Source: Azolla caroliniana (Eukaryota; Plantae; Polypodiophyta). From it: a stretch of 64,000 nt of DNA. Of this stretch, positions 1 to 11,850 are shown in pieces (within the stretch, counting starts at the first letter, position 1; each line of letters starts with the position of its first letter). The translations under genes and the position numbers were made by a program. Under the pieces are notes generated by a model. That model had not been told where the DNA came from. It saw nothing but the letters and a program-made list of their open reading frames with translations, and ran no database searches. The stretch is from assembly GCA_043228905.1 (NCBI GenBank), contig JBHGNT010000010.1:14136001-14200000 (forward strand). The letters run 5' to 3'.

Positions 1-11
1 TAGTAGGCACT

Positions 12-782
12 TTGTTAAGTGGCTCAGCGTTGGCATGGTTCGCTCCACTATTAGAAAAGGAATCTCCGTTACTCAACAATTTTGAAGAGTTTCTAGGTGA
101 GTTTAAAGCATGTTTCGGAGATACTGACAACATCAGGACCGCAATCAACAAAATTCGGCGATTATGCCAAGGTGACCGTCCAGCCTCCGCATACGCTGCA
201 GATTTTCGCCTACTCGCCGCCGATATCCCTTGGGATGATCAAGCATTGATGGAGCAATTCCGTTATGGTTTACGCAACAACGTCAAGGATTTACTCTTGA
301 CCTTCCCCGAAGAGCCAAAGTCCTTAACAGAAGCAATCAGTCGCGCGATGAGATGTGACAACCGCCTCTTTGAGCGACGTTCGGAACGACAGATACAGAT
401 GTCGAGGGAAAGATCAGAGCCCACCTATGCCTCAGTGGTAGCAAGACCTTTTCCGAGGGAGTCATATAATGCGCCTCCAACGAATACTCCGACTCCGATG
501 GAGATTGACACTACACATCGTCGAGGGCCATTATCCGAAGAAGAAAAGCAGCGACGCCATACAAATCGACTATGTCTTTACTGCGGTGGACCAGGACATA
601 TTGCAATAAATTGCCCCCATAGGCCAAGAAGACAGGTAAACCAAATAGTCGCTAGTTCTAATTGTACTAAACCCAAGCCTATTTCAGTAGGGATATCTGA
701 TAGTCCTAATAGTACTAATAGCCCAGATCTAGAGAACAGATTTGATGTCCTTAGTCAGTTAGAAGAAGAGTTAAACGACTAA
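12..782 (+). CDS. gag: Chromovirus Gag, C-terminal part (retrotransposon gag domain plus CCHC knuckle)
   Basis: ORF track: LCQG..ASAYAADF..W..QFRYGL motif and CX2CX4HX4C. Confidence 0.9.
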   Translation: MLSGSALAWFAPLLEKESPLLNNFEEFLGEFKACFGDTDNIRTAINKIRRLCQGDRPASAYAADFRLLAADIPWDDQALMEQFRYGLRNNVKDLLLTFPEEPKSLTEAISRAMRCDNRLFERRSERQIQMSRERSEPTYASVVARPFPRESYNAPPTNTPTPMEIDTTHRRGPLSEEEKQRRHTNRLCLYCGGPGHIAINCPHRPRRQVNQIVASSNCTKPKPISVGISDSPNSTNSPDLENRFDVLSQLEEELND

Positions 783-3700
783 GTCCAGCCAAAATAGGAG
801 CCGTTTGGTTGGACAGCCCTAGATCTGTGCAACCCATTAGTGGTTCCATTCCCTCTAAGCAAGTTAGTGATGTGTTCGTAGCCAAGTAATAGTTAGTACT
901 AAAAGTACCCCTCCAGTACATGTCCTAGCAGTCCTAAATTCCGGAGCTAACTCTTGCTTTATGGATAAGAAATTTGCTCAAGCTCATAAGATATCCCTAA
1001 GAAAACTCCAGTGTCCAGCCTCTGTAGTAGTCATTGATGGACGTCCCGTCCCATTGCTTCCGGAAATATCATAGAAGAGTCAGAGCCCATTAATATTGTC
1101 CTAGATAACTTAGCATGTGTAGTATCATTTAATATTATTAGTATCCCAGAACATCCCATAGTTTTAGGATTACCGTGGTTTGAGTTACATAACCCAGACA
1201 TAGATTGGAGAACAAAAGAGATCCGGTGTCGACAAACCCAAGGGTCAACTCAGAAGATGGCAACCATTTCGCTACGTCAGTTGCGTAAAGAAGGGTGCAA
1301 GGAGGAAATGTTCCTCTTTGCAATATCAGTAAACCCCTCTAGCACCACTAAAGAAGAATCCACCGTTCAACTTCCCGAGAAGTATCGTCATTACGCCGAT
1401 GTGTTCGATAAAGTACAAGCCAACACACTTCCTCATCATCGACCGTACGATTGCCCCATCGATTTACAACCGGGAAAAGAGCCGCCATGGGGACCGATCT
1501 ACAATTTGTCACCAACCGAGCTGGAAGTCCTTCGGGCCTATATAGAGGAGAATTTGGAAAATGGTTTCATTCGGCATTCGAAATCTCCAGCCGGCGCGCC
1601 CATTTTCTTCGTCAAGAAAAAGGATGGATCGCTTCGTCTCGTTGTAGATTACCGTGGCCTGAATAAGGTTACAATCAGGAATAGGTATGCTCTTCCCCTT
1701 ATCTCAAGACTTTTAGAACGGATCAATGGTGCCAGGTTCTTCATGAAGATCGACTTACGGGGAGCATATAACCTCGTACGGATCCGACCAGGAGACGAAT
1801 GGAAGACCGCGTTTCACACCAGATATGGGCACTTCGAGTATACGGTCATGCCATTTGGCCTCACTAATGCGCCGACAGTCTTCCAGCACATGGCTAATGA
1901 TATATTCCGAGATCTATTGGATGATTGTTTGATCATCTATTTGGATTATATACTGGTTTACTCAAAGACCCAAGAAGAACATGATTCTCATGTACTATTA
2001 GTACTAAAACGACTTCGAGAACATGGTCTGTATGCAAAGCTGGAAAAATGTAGTTTCGGGTGCAACCAAGTGGAATTTCTCGGCTACATCATTTCGTCAG
2101 AAGCCATCTCCATGGACCCAGCTAAGGTCAAAAAAGTGGTAGAATGTGCAATGCTTCCTAGGCTTTGCCAATTTTTACCGGAAGTTCATACAAGATTACT
2201 CAAAGATTGTTTTACCTCTCACACAAATTACCAGGAAGGGACAACCGTTCATCCGGTCTGAAGAAACGAACATGGCTTTCGAGAGTCTTAAAAAGGCATT
2301 TACATCGGCTCCAATTCTAGCTCATGTCGATCCGGAAAAACCATTCATTATCGAAGCTGACGCATCGGATTTTGCATTAAGGAGCATTCTGTCACAACAG
2401 GGGAATGATGAGAAGCTACATCCTATGGCTTTTCACTCACGCAAGTTTGACGCCGCCGAAATCAACTACGAAATTCATGATAAGGACCTATTGGCAATAG
2501 TGGATTCTTTTATGCAATGGAGGCATTTTCTGGAGGGATCCTCTCATCCGGTCACCGTATTTAGTGACCACAAGAACCTTGCCTACTTTTAGGATGCTCG
2601 TGTGTTGAATCGACGTCAAGCTCGGTGGGCCCACTTCCTCACGCGTTTCGACTTCAAAATTACATATCGTCCGAGGAAGCACCAAGGGAAGGCAGATGCA
2701 TTATCATGACGTTCGTATCTAGCACCCTGTCCCGGCGAGCCAGCTTTCGATAACCAAAAACAAGTCATCTTGGGACCGGCACGACTACAAGCAACACAGA
2801 TCTTTGACATGCCCATGGATTCCCGCGTTATCGATACCATACACGAAGACTTGAAGACAGATGCGTTCGCCCAAGCTATACTAGCACAAATTGATCCCTC
2901 TCGAGCGTCGTGTTCACAGTCGCAACCACCAGGTACGGACTATCGACAATTCAAATACCATGATGGATTACTCTTCTTTAAAGAACTTTTGTATGTTCCT
3001 GATGGTTCTTGCCGCCTTCAAGTAGTAGAAAACTGTCATGACACATATACAACTGGGCATTTTGGTAGTACTAAAACATTACATTTAGTACAACGATCAT
3101 TCTGGTGGCCCTGTATGCGACAATTTGTCGAGGATTTTGTTCGGACTTGTGATACATGCTGCAGAGCGAAAATGCCAAGGCATCATCCATATGGTTTATT
3201 AGAACCATTACCAATTCCAAGCAAGTCGTGGCAATCCATTGCTCTAGACTTCATCACAGATCTTCCAATCTCTAAGGGGTTCAATGCGATTCTAACGGTG
3301 GTCGATCGATATACGAAGATGGCTCATTTCTTGCCATGTACTAAGGAGATCTCCAGTGAAGATACTGCCGAAATTGTCATGCGTGAAGTATGTCGGCATC
3401 ATGGACTTCCTGATAGTATCATCAGCGACCGTGGACCCCACTTCATGTCAAAATTCTGGAAGCACCTTTTTAACATGCTCAAGGTCACTTATAACCTCTC
3501 CTCCGGCTACCACCCACAAACCGACGGCCAAGCCGAACGAACCAATCAAACGCTGGAGCAGTATCTGCGGTGCTTTCTCAGCTATCATTAGGATGACTGG
3601 GCAGATATTCTCCACTTTGCCGAATTTGCCTATAACAACTCTATCCACGCATCCACTAAAGTTACGCCATTTTATGCTTATACGGGATGTCACCCCCAGT

Positions 3701-4368
3701 GGTGTGTACTTGAAACCCCAAAGGTGTCCACAAATCCTTGCGCAGAGGATTGTTTGGAGAGGTTACGCAAGATACAAGCGGATTTATCTACTCATCTCCA
3801 TCAAGCTCAACAAACACACAAGGTTTATGCGGATCTTCATTGTCTCCCATCTAGTTTTAACATTGGAGATCGGGTATGGCTACTCCGACGACACATCAAG
3901 ACTACTCGCCCATGCGAGAAGTTGGATTATCGGCGATTAGGTCCTTTCAGTATTATAGGAAAGATTAATGATGTCGCTTTTCATCTTGATCTACCTCCAC
4001 AACTTCGGATACATCCGGTGTTTCATAGTTCTCTCCTCGAACCCTATCAAGAGAGCACCATCCCAGGACGTATTACACAGCCTCCACCCCCAATCGAGCT
4101 TGAAGATGGACCTGAGTACGAGGTTGCCGCCATCCTTGATTCCAAGCTTGTTCGCAACAAGCTCTACTATCTAGTCGATTGGCTAGGATATAGTCCCAGC
4201 GAGCGTACTTGGGAACCAATAGAGCATGTCACCAATGCTCGTGCTCTTCTTGAAGACTTCCATCGTCAATATCCAGACAAACCGGGTCCTCAATCCAAAA
4301 CGACTCGTTACACTCGTCGTTTTAAAGGGGGGGATAGTGTCATGATATGGCAAGACTCGAACCCATGA
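783..4368 (+). pseudogene. pol: Chromovirus pol (PR-RT-RH-IN-chromodomain), broken into several ORFs
   Basis: ORFs 1257-2261, 2146-2592, 2770-3591 and 3724-4368 carry consecutive pol motifs. Confidence 0.92.
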
Positions 4369-4767
4369 CCTTATGCTACATGGGTCAAGCTCTTGACCAT
4401 TAAACTATACATTGTAATACGTAGCATATTATTTTCATTTATGTTTTATTATAGAAAATTGATGTATATTCCAGATTTCTCTGGAACATTCTAGAAACTT
4501 CAGGAGTATTCCTTAGAACACTATAAAAGGAGGCACAAGGAATTATTTCGAACCAAATCGGTTCAACGCCAGTCTTAAGCCTCCTAGCTACTGTACATTT
4601 TCTTCACATAATATATATCTTTTCTTATCATCACTCTCTCTCTCTCTCGATCTCTCTCTCCCTCCCTCTCACTCACTCTTTCCTTCTCTCGAGAGTTCTT
4701 CACCTCTCTTAGTACTAATACTTCTTTTAGTACTAATTCCTTCTCTGTCTTAGTATTGTTCCTGACA
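4338..4767 (+). repeat. 3' LTR of chromovirus 1
   Basis: Follows the PPT, has TG..CA ends and a TATA at ~4522, and is homologous to 62236-62684. Confidence 0.9.
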
Positions 4768-6999
4768 TCTCCCTCTAGTTCTTGATCTTGTTTTGAGGCT
4801 TGCGTGCATGTATTTTTTCTAGATTTTTGTCTCTTACGCGTAGCCGCGGGGAGACTTTGTTCTTGGTATTTTAAATTGTGAGCTACTCGCTGGGCTCATG
4901 TGATGACATTGGCGCCGATCATGGATGGTACGATGGACAACAAATTTGTGTCGATCCTTTTCTTCTTTTCTAGGCAATCAAGTACTAAGTGCTCCTTACC
5001 ACACCCTGGGCATGATGCTTCTCTTTGGAACCATTCGATAAGATCCTGCAACTGTTGGGTGAGACCTTGCACCGGTGGTTGTGGGGGTGTTTCGAGTGGG
5101 GGGTGTCGTGGTCGTTGTGCCATCCGGTTGTAGTATTCATGTTTGGTTGGGCACTCGCTAACCATATGTGGGCCTTGGAAGTTGAAACATTTCAATTCTG
5201 ACCTCCTTAGACCATTATTGTTGCGATATCCCATTGAGGGCCCCCGTTGTTCCCCTCTCATGACGTACACTAGTATTTGGTCTCCTTCAACGTCCACGAA
5301 GTGGGAAAACACCTCTTCTTCAACACCATACTCTCGATACGAGTCTTCGTATTCGGGAGCACTCGCCCCGACCTGGGTTTGGCTATCAGTGGTATATTCT
5401 AGTTCGGCGAGGCGAGCGCCGACGCGTGGTAGTGGAGGTCGTTGGGGGAGTATCGCTGGTAGTTGTGGGCAGCTAAGCGGTGGAGGTGAGCGTGGGTGCT
5501 CCACCATTGGTGTTTGGTCATACCTTCCGGTGGGGGCTTGCCAGTAGTTCTCTTGAGGATGCATCACGAAAGCTTTGCACCACTTACAATATTGCGGTCA
5601 TCGTTGGTGGAGGAGGGGACACTCATGCCCTGTGTGGTGGCCATGGCATACCACGCACCTTACATTTTCTCTTTGGGCGTATGCTTGGGGTCTTTCTATA
5701 CGGGGTGTTCTCGGTGGTGTGGGTAGAATGGGGTGAGGTCCGAGGATTTCTCGCGGTTGTTCGTGGGCGCTTGAGTGGGTATCCGTAACCCGCTCATTGA
5801 ATCTTCAAAGGTCATCACTATTGTGCAGGCTTCAGCGAACGACCGACACATCCTGGCAATCAGGAAATTTTGGAGTGTCGAATCGAACAACCCATTGATG
5901 AAACGGCTCATCAATTTGTCATCTGACATCTAGTCACTCGGGCTACAACGATGGTGCAGGCTTTTCATGTGACGTATGTAGTCCCTGACCGCTTCGTTCG
6001 CTTCTTGCTTGAGGGCGAAAAGTTGGTCAATTGGGTTCCATTTATTCCCTCGACGAGCGAAGTTTATCAAGAAATCTTCGATGACATACTCGAAATCCGC
6101 GATGATGTCTTCATTCAAGGTTCAAAACCAAATTCCGGCTTGGTCATCGAGTGTAAGCCCAAATGCGGCTACCTTGGTGATCTCTATGAGGGGTTCATAA
6201 GTGCGACAAATCTGTTTGAACCTCTCGACGTGATCATAGGCATCACCGAAACCGAGAAAACGGGGTACTAGTTTAGAAATGGATGAACTCTTCCCGCTGT
6301 CATTTGTGAGGTTTCTCGGATGGTCTGTGGGTGCTCGCTCTTTTCCATCAATGCTACGAGAGTTTGGATGGATTGTAGTGCTAGTGTGAGTTCGGCGTTT
6401 GGGGGTATAGGGGCACTTTGGTCGGGTGTAGGGGTCGTGCCCATGCGTGGTGGTGTCGGGTGTTGTTGTGTCTAGGCTTCGTTTGGATTGTCGCCCGTTG
6501 TGCTCAAATGCGGTACGGGGTTGCGCTCATGGCCTCAGCGATGCATGTGCAACGATGTTTCTAGGAGGTGAAGTTTCTGTTGCACTCGTGCGAATCTATC
6601 TTTCCTTTCCGCAAAGCGGCTTCAATATCTCGAGTGATGTTTTCCGGTTGTCCTCCTTTCGCGAGTTGTATTGTCCATAGATTGATTTCGTGTTCTATCA
6701 CCCGTAACTCTTGCGCGGCGTCTCGTATGTGTCGCTCTACGCTGAGTGGGTTTGCCATTGGGCTCTCCTGTAGTGGGGGCGTGTTGAGAGGTGCTTTAGT
6801 TCCTGAGCTCGATGGGAGGTTCATGTTTGGTAGCGTCCCCAGAGTTAGCCACCCTCCGTGGTACCGAGTCGGGTTAGGTGGGTCAGCATCGTGTGTTTGG
6901 TTGGTTTGGGTGGACTCCTCCTGACGTGTGGGTCGAACATCTCCATCCATGAGGATCTGGCCATGTTTTCTTGTCAAGCTTTTGTGGGTTAGTCGACCT

Positions 7000-7288
7000 T
7001 GATCTTCGTCGGGGGACGTGGGCTCGTAGAACTTTGATCTTTCGTCGAAGGATGTGGGGTCATTGAACTTTGATATTTCGTCGAATGGTGCGGGTTCGCC
7101 AAATGACGAGGGTTCATCGAACTTTGATCTTTTGTCGAATGGTGCGGGTTCGTCAAACTTTGATCTTTCGTCGAATGATGAGGGTTCGTTGAACTTTGAT
7201 CTTTCGTTGAATGATGAGGGTTCGTCGAACTTTGATCTTTTGTCGAATTATGAGGGTTCATCGAACTTTGATCTTTCGTCGAATGATG
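7000..7288. repeat. Tandem array of ~36-bp units (GGGTTCGTCGAACTTTGATCTTTCGTCGAATGATGA) in the gypsy 5' leader
   Basis: About 7 adjacent degenerate copies with no spacers. Confidence 0.9.
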
Positions 7289-7503
7289 CTTCCCTTATCA
7301 AACTTTGTTCTTTCGACGGATTTTGCATGGGAAATTTGAATTTTTTGGCGCCAACGATCGTTTCGTGTCCCATGGGATGATCGTAATCCGCGAGAATCGC
7401 GGTGGTTATGCTTGCCTTGTAACAGTTAAATTTCAACAATGCTTAGCATTAACCGAACAAATAGCTTGTTAATGTCCAGGCGATTGAGGGTAATTTAAAA
7501 CTT

Positions 7504-7700
7504 GTTTTAAAAACAGAAAATCAACTTAATTAAACTATGAAATAGTGTTTTAAAAACAAAAAATCAACTTAATTAAACTATGAAATAGTGTTTTAAAAAA
7601 AACAAAAAATCAACTTAATTAAACTATGAAATAGTGAGAGAAAAACAGAAAATCAACTTAATTAAACTATGAAATAGTGAGAGAAAAGCATAAAATAGTG
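7504..7700. repeat. Tandem AT-rich ~43-48-bp repeat (AAAATCAACTTAATTAAACTATGAAATAGTG), 4 copies
   Basis: Direct copies visible at ~7517, 7560, 7606 and 7649. Confidence 0.9.
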
Positions 7701-8492
7701 GTTCCCTTTTGATTTCTTCCTTCGTTAAGTGGGTTGCCTACGAATTTTTGGCTACTCGAAATAGGCTTCAAGCGTCGGTCGTATCCCCGGCAGCAGTGCC
7801 AAATAGATGTGTGGGATCTATGTATCGATGGAGTTAGCTCCTCAATGTCGTTTGTGGAGTTCGGACCGGTGTATACCCTTTTTTATGTCAAATCGAGCGG
7901 AGATGGTTGTCGGACACCTCCGAGCCTCACACTCACTTATCGATTAATAGATGATTAAGCACAATATCTCTCTCACTCTCTCAAGCTTACTCTCATAGAC
8001 AATAGGGTAATGAATATAGAAGACAAGAGTAATGAATATGTTTATTAACCCTCTTTGCTAAGAGGTTTAGCACCAACAAGGAAGAGAGATTAGTGTTCTC
8101 TAACTAAACACTTCACTAATCTCTCTTAAGCTTAAAGGTTACAAGAAGGAGGAGAGGAAACTCTAGCTCTTAATCAATAAGGAGATCTTTACAAATGGGA
8201 GAACCCCCACAAAGCCACTACTATGTGGTTTATATAGCATTCACGTTTAGGGTATGGGCCTTTCACACTTGGACGTCTCTTTGCTTCTTTTCCTCTTGTC
8301 GTTTCCTCTTCATACTACGTCCTTGTTGATGCGCTCTTATTCATGACTGGTTGTATTGTTATCCAAGTGCTTAACAATGGGCCCCGGATCGGTTGAAGAA
8401 GCCAAGGGCCATATTGGACGTGTGTCGATCTCAGCTAGGTCCAAATCGGCTACTAGGCCAAATCAATCGGCCGAGTCGGATGGAGTCTGACA

Positions 8493-8695
8493 AGCCCTTA
8501 GATAGCCTATATGCCTATTTTAGTAAATAGGCCTATTATAGGTAAATTAGTGTCTAACTCCGTTAATGAGAATTAAAGTACGTGTTAGTACTTTTGTCAG
8601 TTCTTTTGAAGGTCTTGTATAAAAAGTGCTTTGTGAGCACATTGTATGTACAAAACATCAACTCTGTTATAGAAGTTTCTTGTTGTCTGCTCACT

Positions 8696-8741
<46 letters not shown>

Positions 8742-8837
8742 CACTCTGTGTATTCCTAAACTGTATGTCTATTCTTTGTTGTTTGGTCGAGCCGGTTGTG
8801 TTCGCACATAACGCTTCCGCATACGTAATCTTTTACA
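8493..8837 (+). mobile_element. 3' part of a copia-family LTR containing (TC)n
   Basis: Resembles 20680-20896 (GTACTT.TGTCAGT, CTTGTATAAA, AACGCTTCCGCA..TTTACA end). Confidence 0.7.
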
Positions 8838-9140
8838 TATGTTTAATCATGCATTGCAACATGGTATGTCATACGATTGGACTATAAATTGGATCAAACC
8901 TTTACATAAAGGTGGAGATGTAAATAATGTAAATAACTATCGAACCATCATGGTTGGCTCACTAATGACAAAACTATTTGGATGTATTATGGAATCAAAG
9001 AGAAGTGCATGGGCTAAAAAAAACGGTAAGAGAGCTCATGGACAAAGTGGCTTTTGAAAACATCATCACACCATTATCACCTTATCACCCTTCGAGTATT
9101 AATGGAGGAGACCTACCTTCGAGGTAAAGGTTTATATTGG
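8838..9140 (+). mobile_element. LINE reverse transcriptase fragment
   Basis: WIKPLHKGGD..NNYRTI..KLF..QSGF is the N-terminal part of a non-LTR RT; contains stops. Confidence 0.8.
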
Positions 9141-9205
9141 TGCTTCATATATTGCCACAAATGGCCTTTGATCAAACCCCTATGAAAGAGGAACTTAGGG
9201 CTTGG

Positions 9206-9250
<45 letters not shown>

Positions 9251-11850
9251 CTACTACACAATCTTTGTAACTACTATTGTGATATTAAGCCACCATTGCG
9301 ACATAGTGGCTTGAATCTCTTCCTACAGTTTTATTATATCTTTGAGCGTTATGTTAATAGTCGTGATCTCATCATCGTTTTTTGTTTTTTCATGTAATTA
9401 GTGTTGTAAGACCTTTTACACATTAATATATTTGGAGTATCTTTGTATTATTAGATTATCCAATAGAGAGAATCTTTTATTGTCTCAAAGTAATTTTGCA
9501 CAAGTGGTTAGGAGTCTTCCCAACAATAACATCTATAATGAATAATAATATACTCCAAGCTCATATCCATTGCCATGAATCGTTGTGGTTGGGACAAAAA
9601 CATATCAAGCATGGTGTATCTTTATATAAACCACTTTAATTATGGAAAACTTGCTTGCGAAAAACATCCAATTCTTTTTATTTCGTTGTATTTTGTGATA
9701 GGTTATACATTTGGTTGGGGATTGATTTGGATCAATCTCGAGTCATTGATGCTTTTGATGTTTGATGTTTGATTTTTTGGATTAATTTTGGTAAACAAAA
9801 GAAAATCTAGAATTTTTTTAAGACTTTTAAAGCTTGTCCTCCCGAAAGTAATGGTGCCTCAATCTCCTCAACTTGGATATTCATTTAATACCACAAAAGG
9901 CCACGTTATTTGTTGAGTTCGTAGTATAGTTACAACCTTGGACTCAAATGGATGTAGGCTTCCTTGGACTCAACCTTTGGAGTTAGACATCACATGGCAC
10001 GGAATAATTTTTTCCAAAGAGTCATAGGACTTAATGGAAAACTTTTGCAAGTCAATATGAACAAGGGGAAAATGCTTTCCATGTCATGGATAATTGAGTA
10101 TTTTATTAAATAAATAGCACATCAAAAACCTATGCAATAACTGAGTATTTTATTAATCCGAAGTTCTAATTTCTATGTTTTACACCTAGTACTAGTGAGG
10201 AAAGGTAAAAGGACCAAGAAACATGAAATGTGAAAGCTTAAGCGAGATGGAGGAAAAGATCAAACAGATTCCAAAATGTAAGCAAAAAGGAAATGAGGAA
10301 ACAAAAAAACAGTACAAGAATCAACAACATTAAGAAAACAAGGTAACGAATAATGGAACAACAACAAAAGGACCCGGCCATCACCTACATCTGGGGTCTA
10401 ATGTGTAATGAAGTGAATATACAAGAAATTTATGACATGGTAAATGATCATGTGATTGTAAGAATTCTGATTATTACATTACAAGATCGTTTGAAGAATG
10501 ACTTCAATACATTTGAAGCAACAAAGTCCCTTTGTCCAAAATACTATGGTAAATATTTGGACAAATTAGATGCATAGGCAAGAGAGCAGCTACCAACGTC
10601 GTGCATTCATTTTGGGAAGGATTCATGTACATGAATTATACAAGAAATGTAATGTCATGAATTATACAAGAAAATGTTAAGGAAAGCAACAATCTGATCT
10701 TATGAGTATGAAATTATTGTAAATGTGACAAATGGACAATGTTGGAGGATGGTCTCTTAAAAATCCTAGTCTGCTGATGTCTAGAATTAGATGGATCACA
10801 AATAAAATGTTGTTGATCAACGAAAATACATAGTTAAAGTATGCAGTTTGTATAGTTAATATGTTTCTCACAGTGGATTGCATCATCTTCATATAATGCT
10901 ATGGAGTTTTAGGATATATTCGATATTTATTTTCATTATAACCATGAAAAAGAAATCAATTGAAATTTTTTATGATAGTATGCGGATTTATGAGAATGTC
11001 TTGCCCACCTATAGGGTTGAAAGTAAATCATTAACCCCAAATTTGTGCTTTTCATCATTCAACTAGCAAAATTTTCAGAATGTCAATCAATAGCAAGGTT
11101 AACATTTGGCATTCTGATAATATCAGCATATTAAAATTAAAACTTGGAACATCATATCCTAATGTTGGTTAGAATGCATTAATTCTAGCAAGAAATAAAG
11201 CATCTCCTGAGGGAACATAATCGTTTGGATAATGTCCATGATCCATACAATAGCTCAAGTTCTCCTTCCAAAGCAACCCTCTCTCGTTGCAATTTATCTC
11301 AAGAAATAGAGCAGTGAGCACATTTCTGCTCCTTTTTATAACATGCAATAAATAATCACAACCTAAAAAGTTCACTTCCCTTGCATTGAGAGCTTCCCCA
11401 CGTGTACATCAGCATTACAATAGTGTCTAATAAGTGGCCAGTGAATTAAATAAGCCTACAGGCATCGCACAACCAGCACAAAGAAAGAGATGAAACAACA
11501 TCCAACACCACGAAAAATGCTGGGGGATCATTAATAAAGATCTAACTCAAAAAAACCAAAAGAAAAAAGAGAAAACCTTTTTGGTTTATACAAAGAAAAA
11601 ATGCGAAATTTCTGTTAAAAAAACCTTACAGAGCAGACCATGTGGTTTTATACAGCAAAATGAGGGGGACATCATTGTCACCATCACCATCATTATCGTC
11701 ATCATCACCATCACCATTCATCATCATCATTGGGAATTTCCCAATCTTTTCTTTTCTTTCTTTGGGGGATCCTCCATTACAAGCAGAATTCTTTCCGAGA
11801 ATTTTCTTTTCTTTTTCTTTTTCTTTTTTTTGTTTTGGGTTTTGTTGTAA

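Larger units (their letters stand above)
1..4767 (+). mobile_element. Ty3/gypsy chromovirus (Tcn1/Tf1-like), degenerate; 5' end lies outside the window
   Basis: Order is gag (CLYCGGPGHIAINC knuckle), PR, RT (YLDY), RNase H (EADASD), integrase (HHCC, DDE), chromodomain (YEVAAILDSK..YYLVDWLGY..TWEP). PPT at 4324-4334 and 3' LTR TGTCA..TGACA at 4338-4767. Several stops and frameshifts. Confidence 0.95.
4768..8492 (-). mobile_element. 5' portion of a non-chromovirus (Athila-like) Ty3/gypsy element: 5' LTR, tRNA-Asp-type PBS, degenerate gag. Chromovirus 1 is inserted into it.
   Basis: PBS TGGCACTGCTGCCGGGGA on the minus strand at 7784-7801; probable LTR 7808-8492 (TGT..ACA); gag fragments (LKQEANEAVRDY, FINGL, CPGCGKEHLVLDC) in ORFs 4896-6118. 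Confidence 0.8.

Noticed and set aside
7000-7288. 36-bp partly palindromic repeats resembling a CRISPR array
   Set aside because: The units are contiguous with no unique spacers, there are no cas genes, and they sit in a eukaryotic retrotransposon leader.
8699-8837. Second example of a LINE inserted at (TC)n
   Set aside because: This (TC)n belongs to a copia-type LTR ending at 8837; the LINE fragment starts after it.
9400-10700. Possible decayed DNA-transposon (hAT-like) fragment, including ORF 10353-10577
   Set aside because: Only a faint resemblance; no TIRs, TSD or catalytic motif could be identified by eye.
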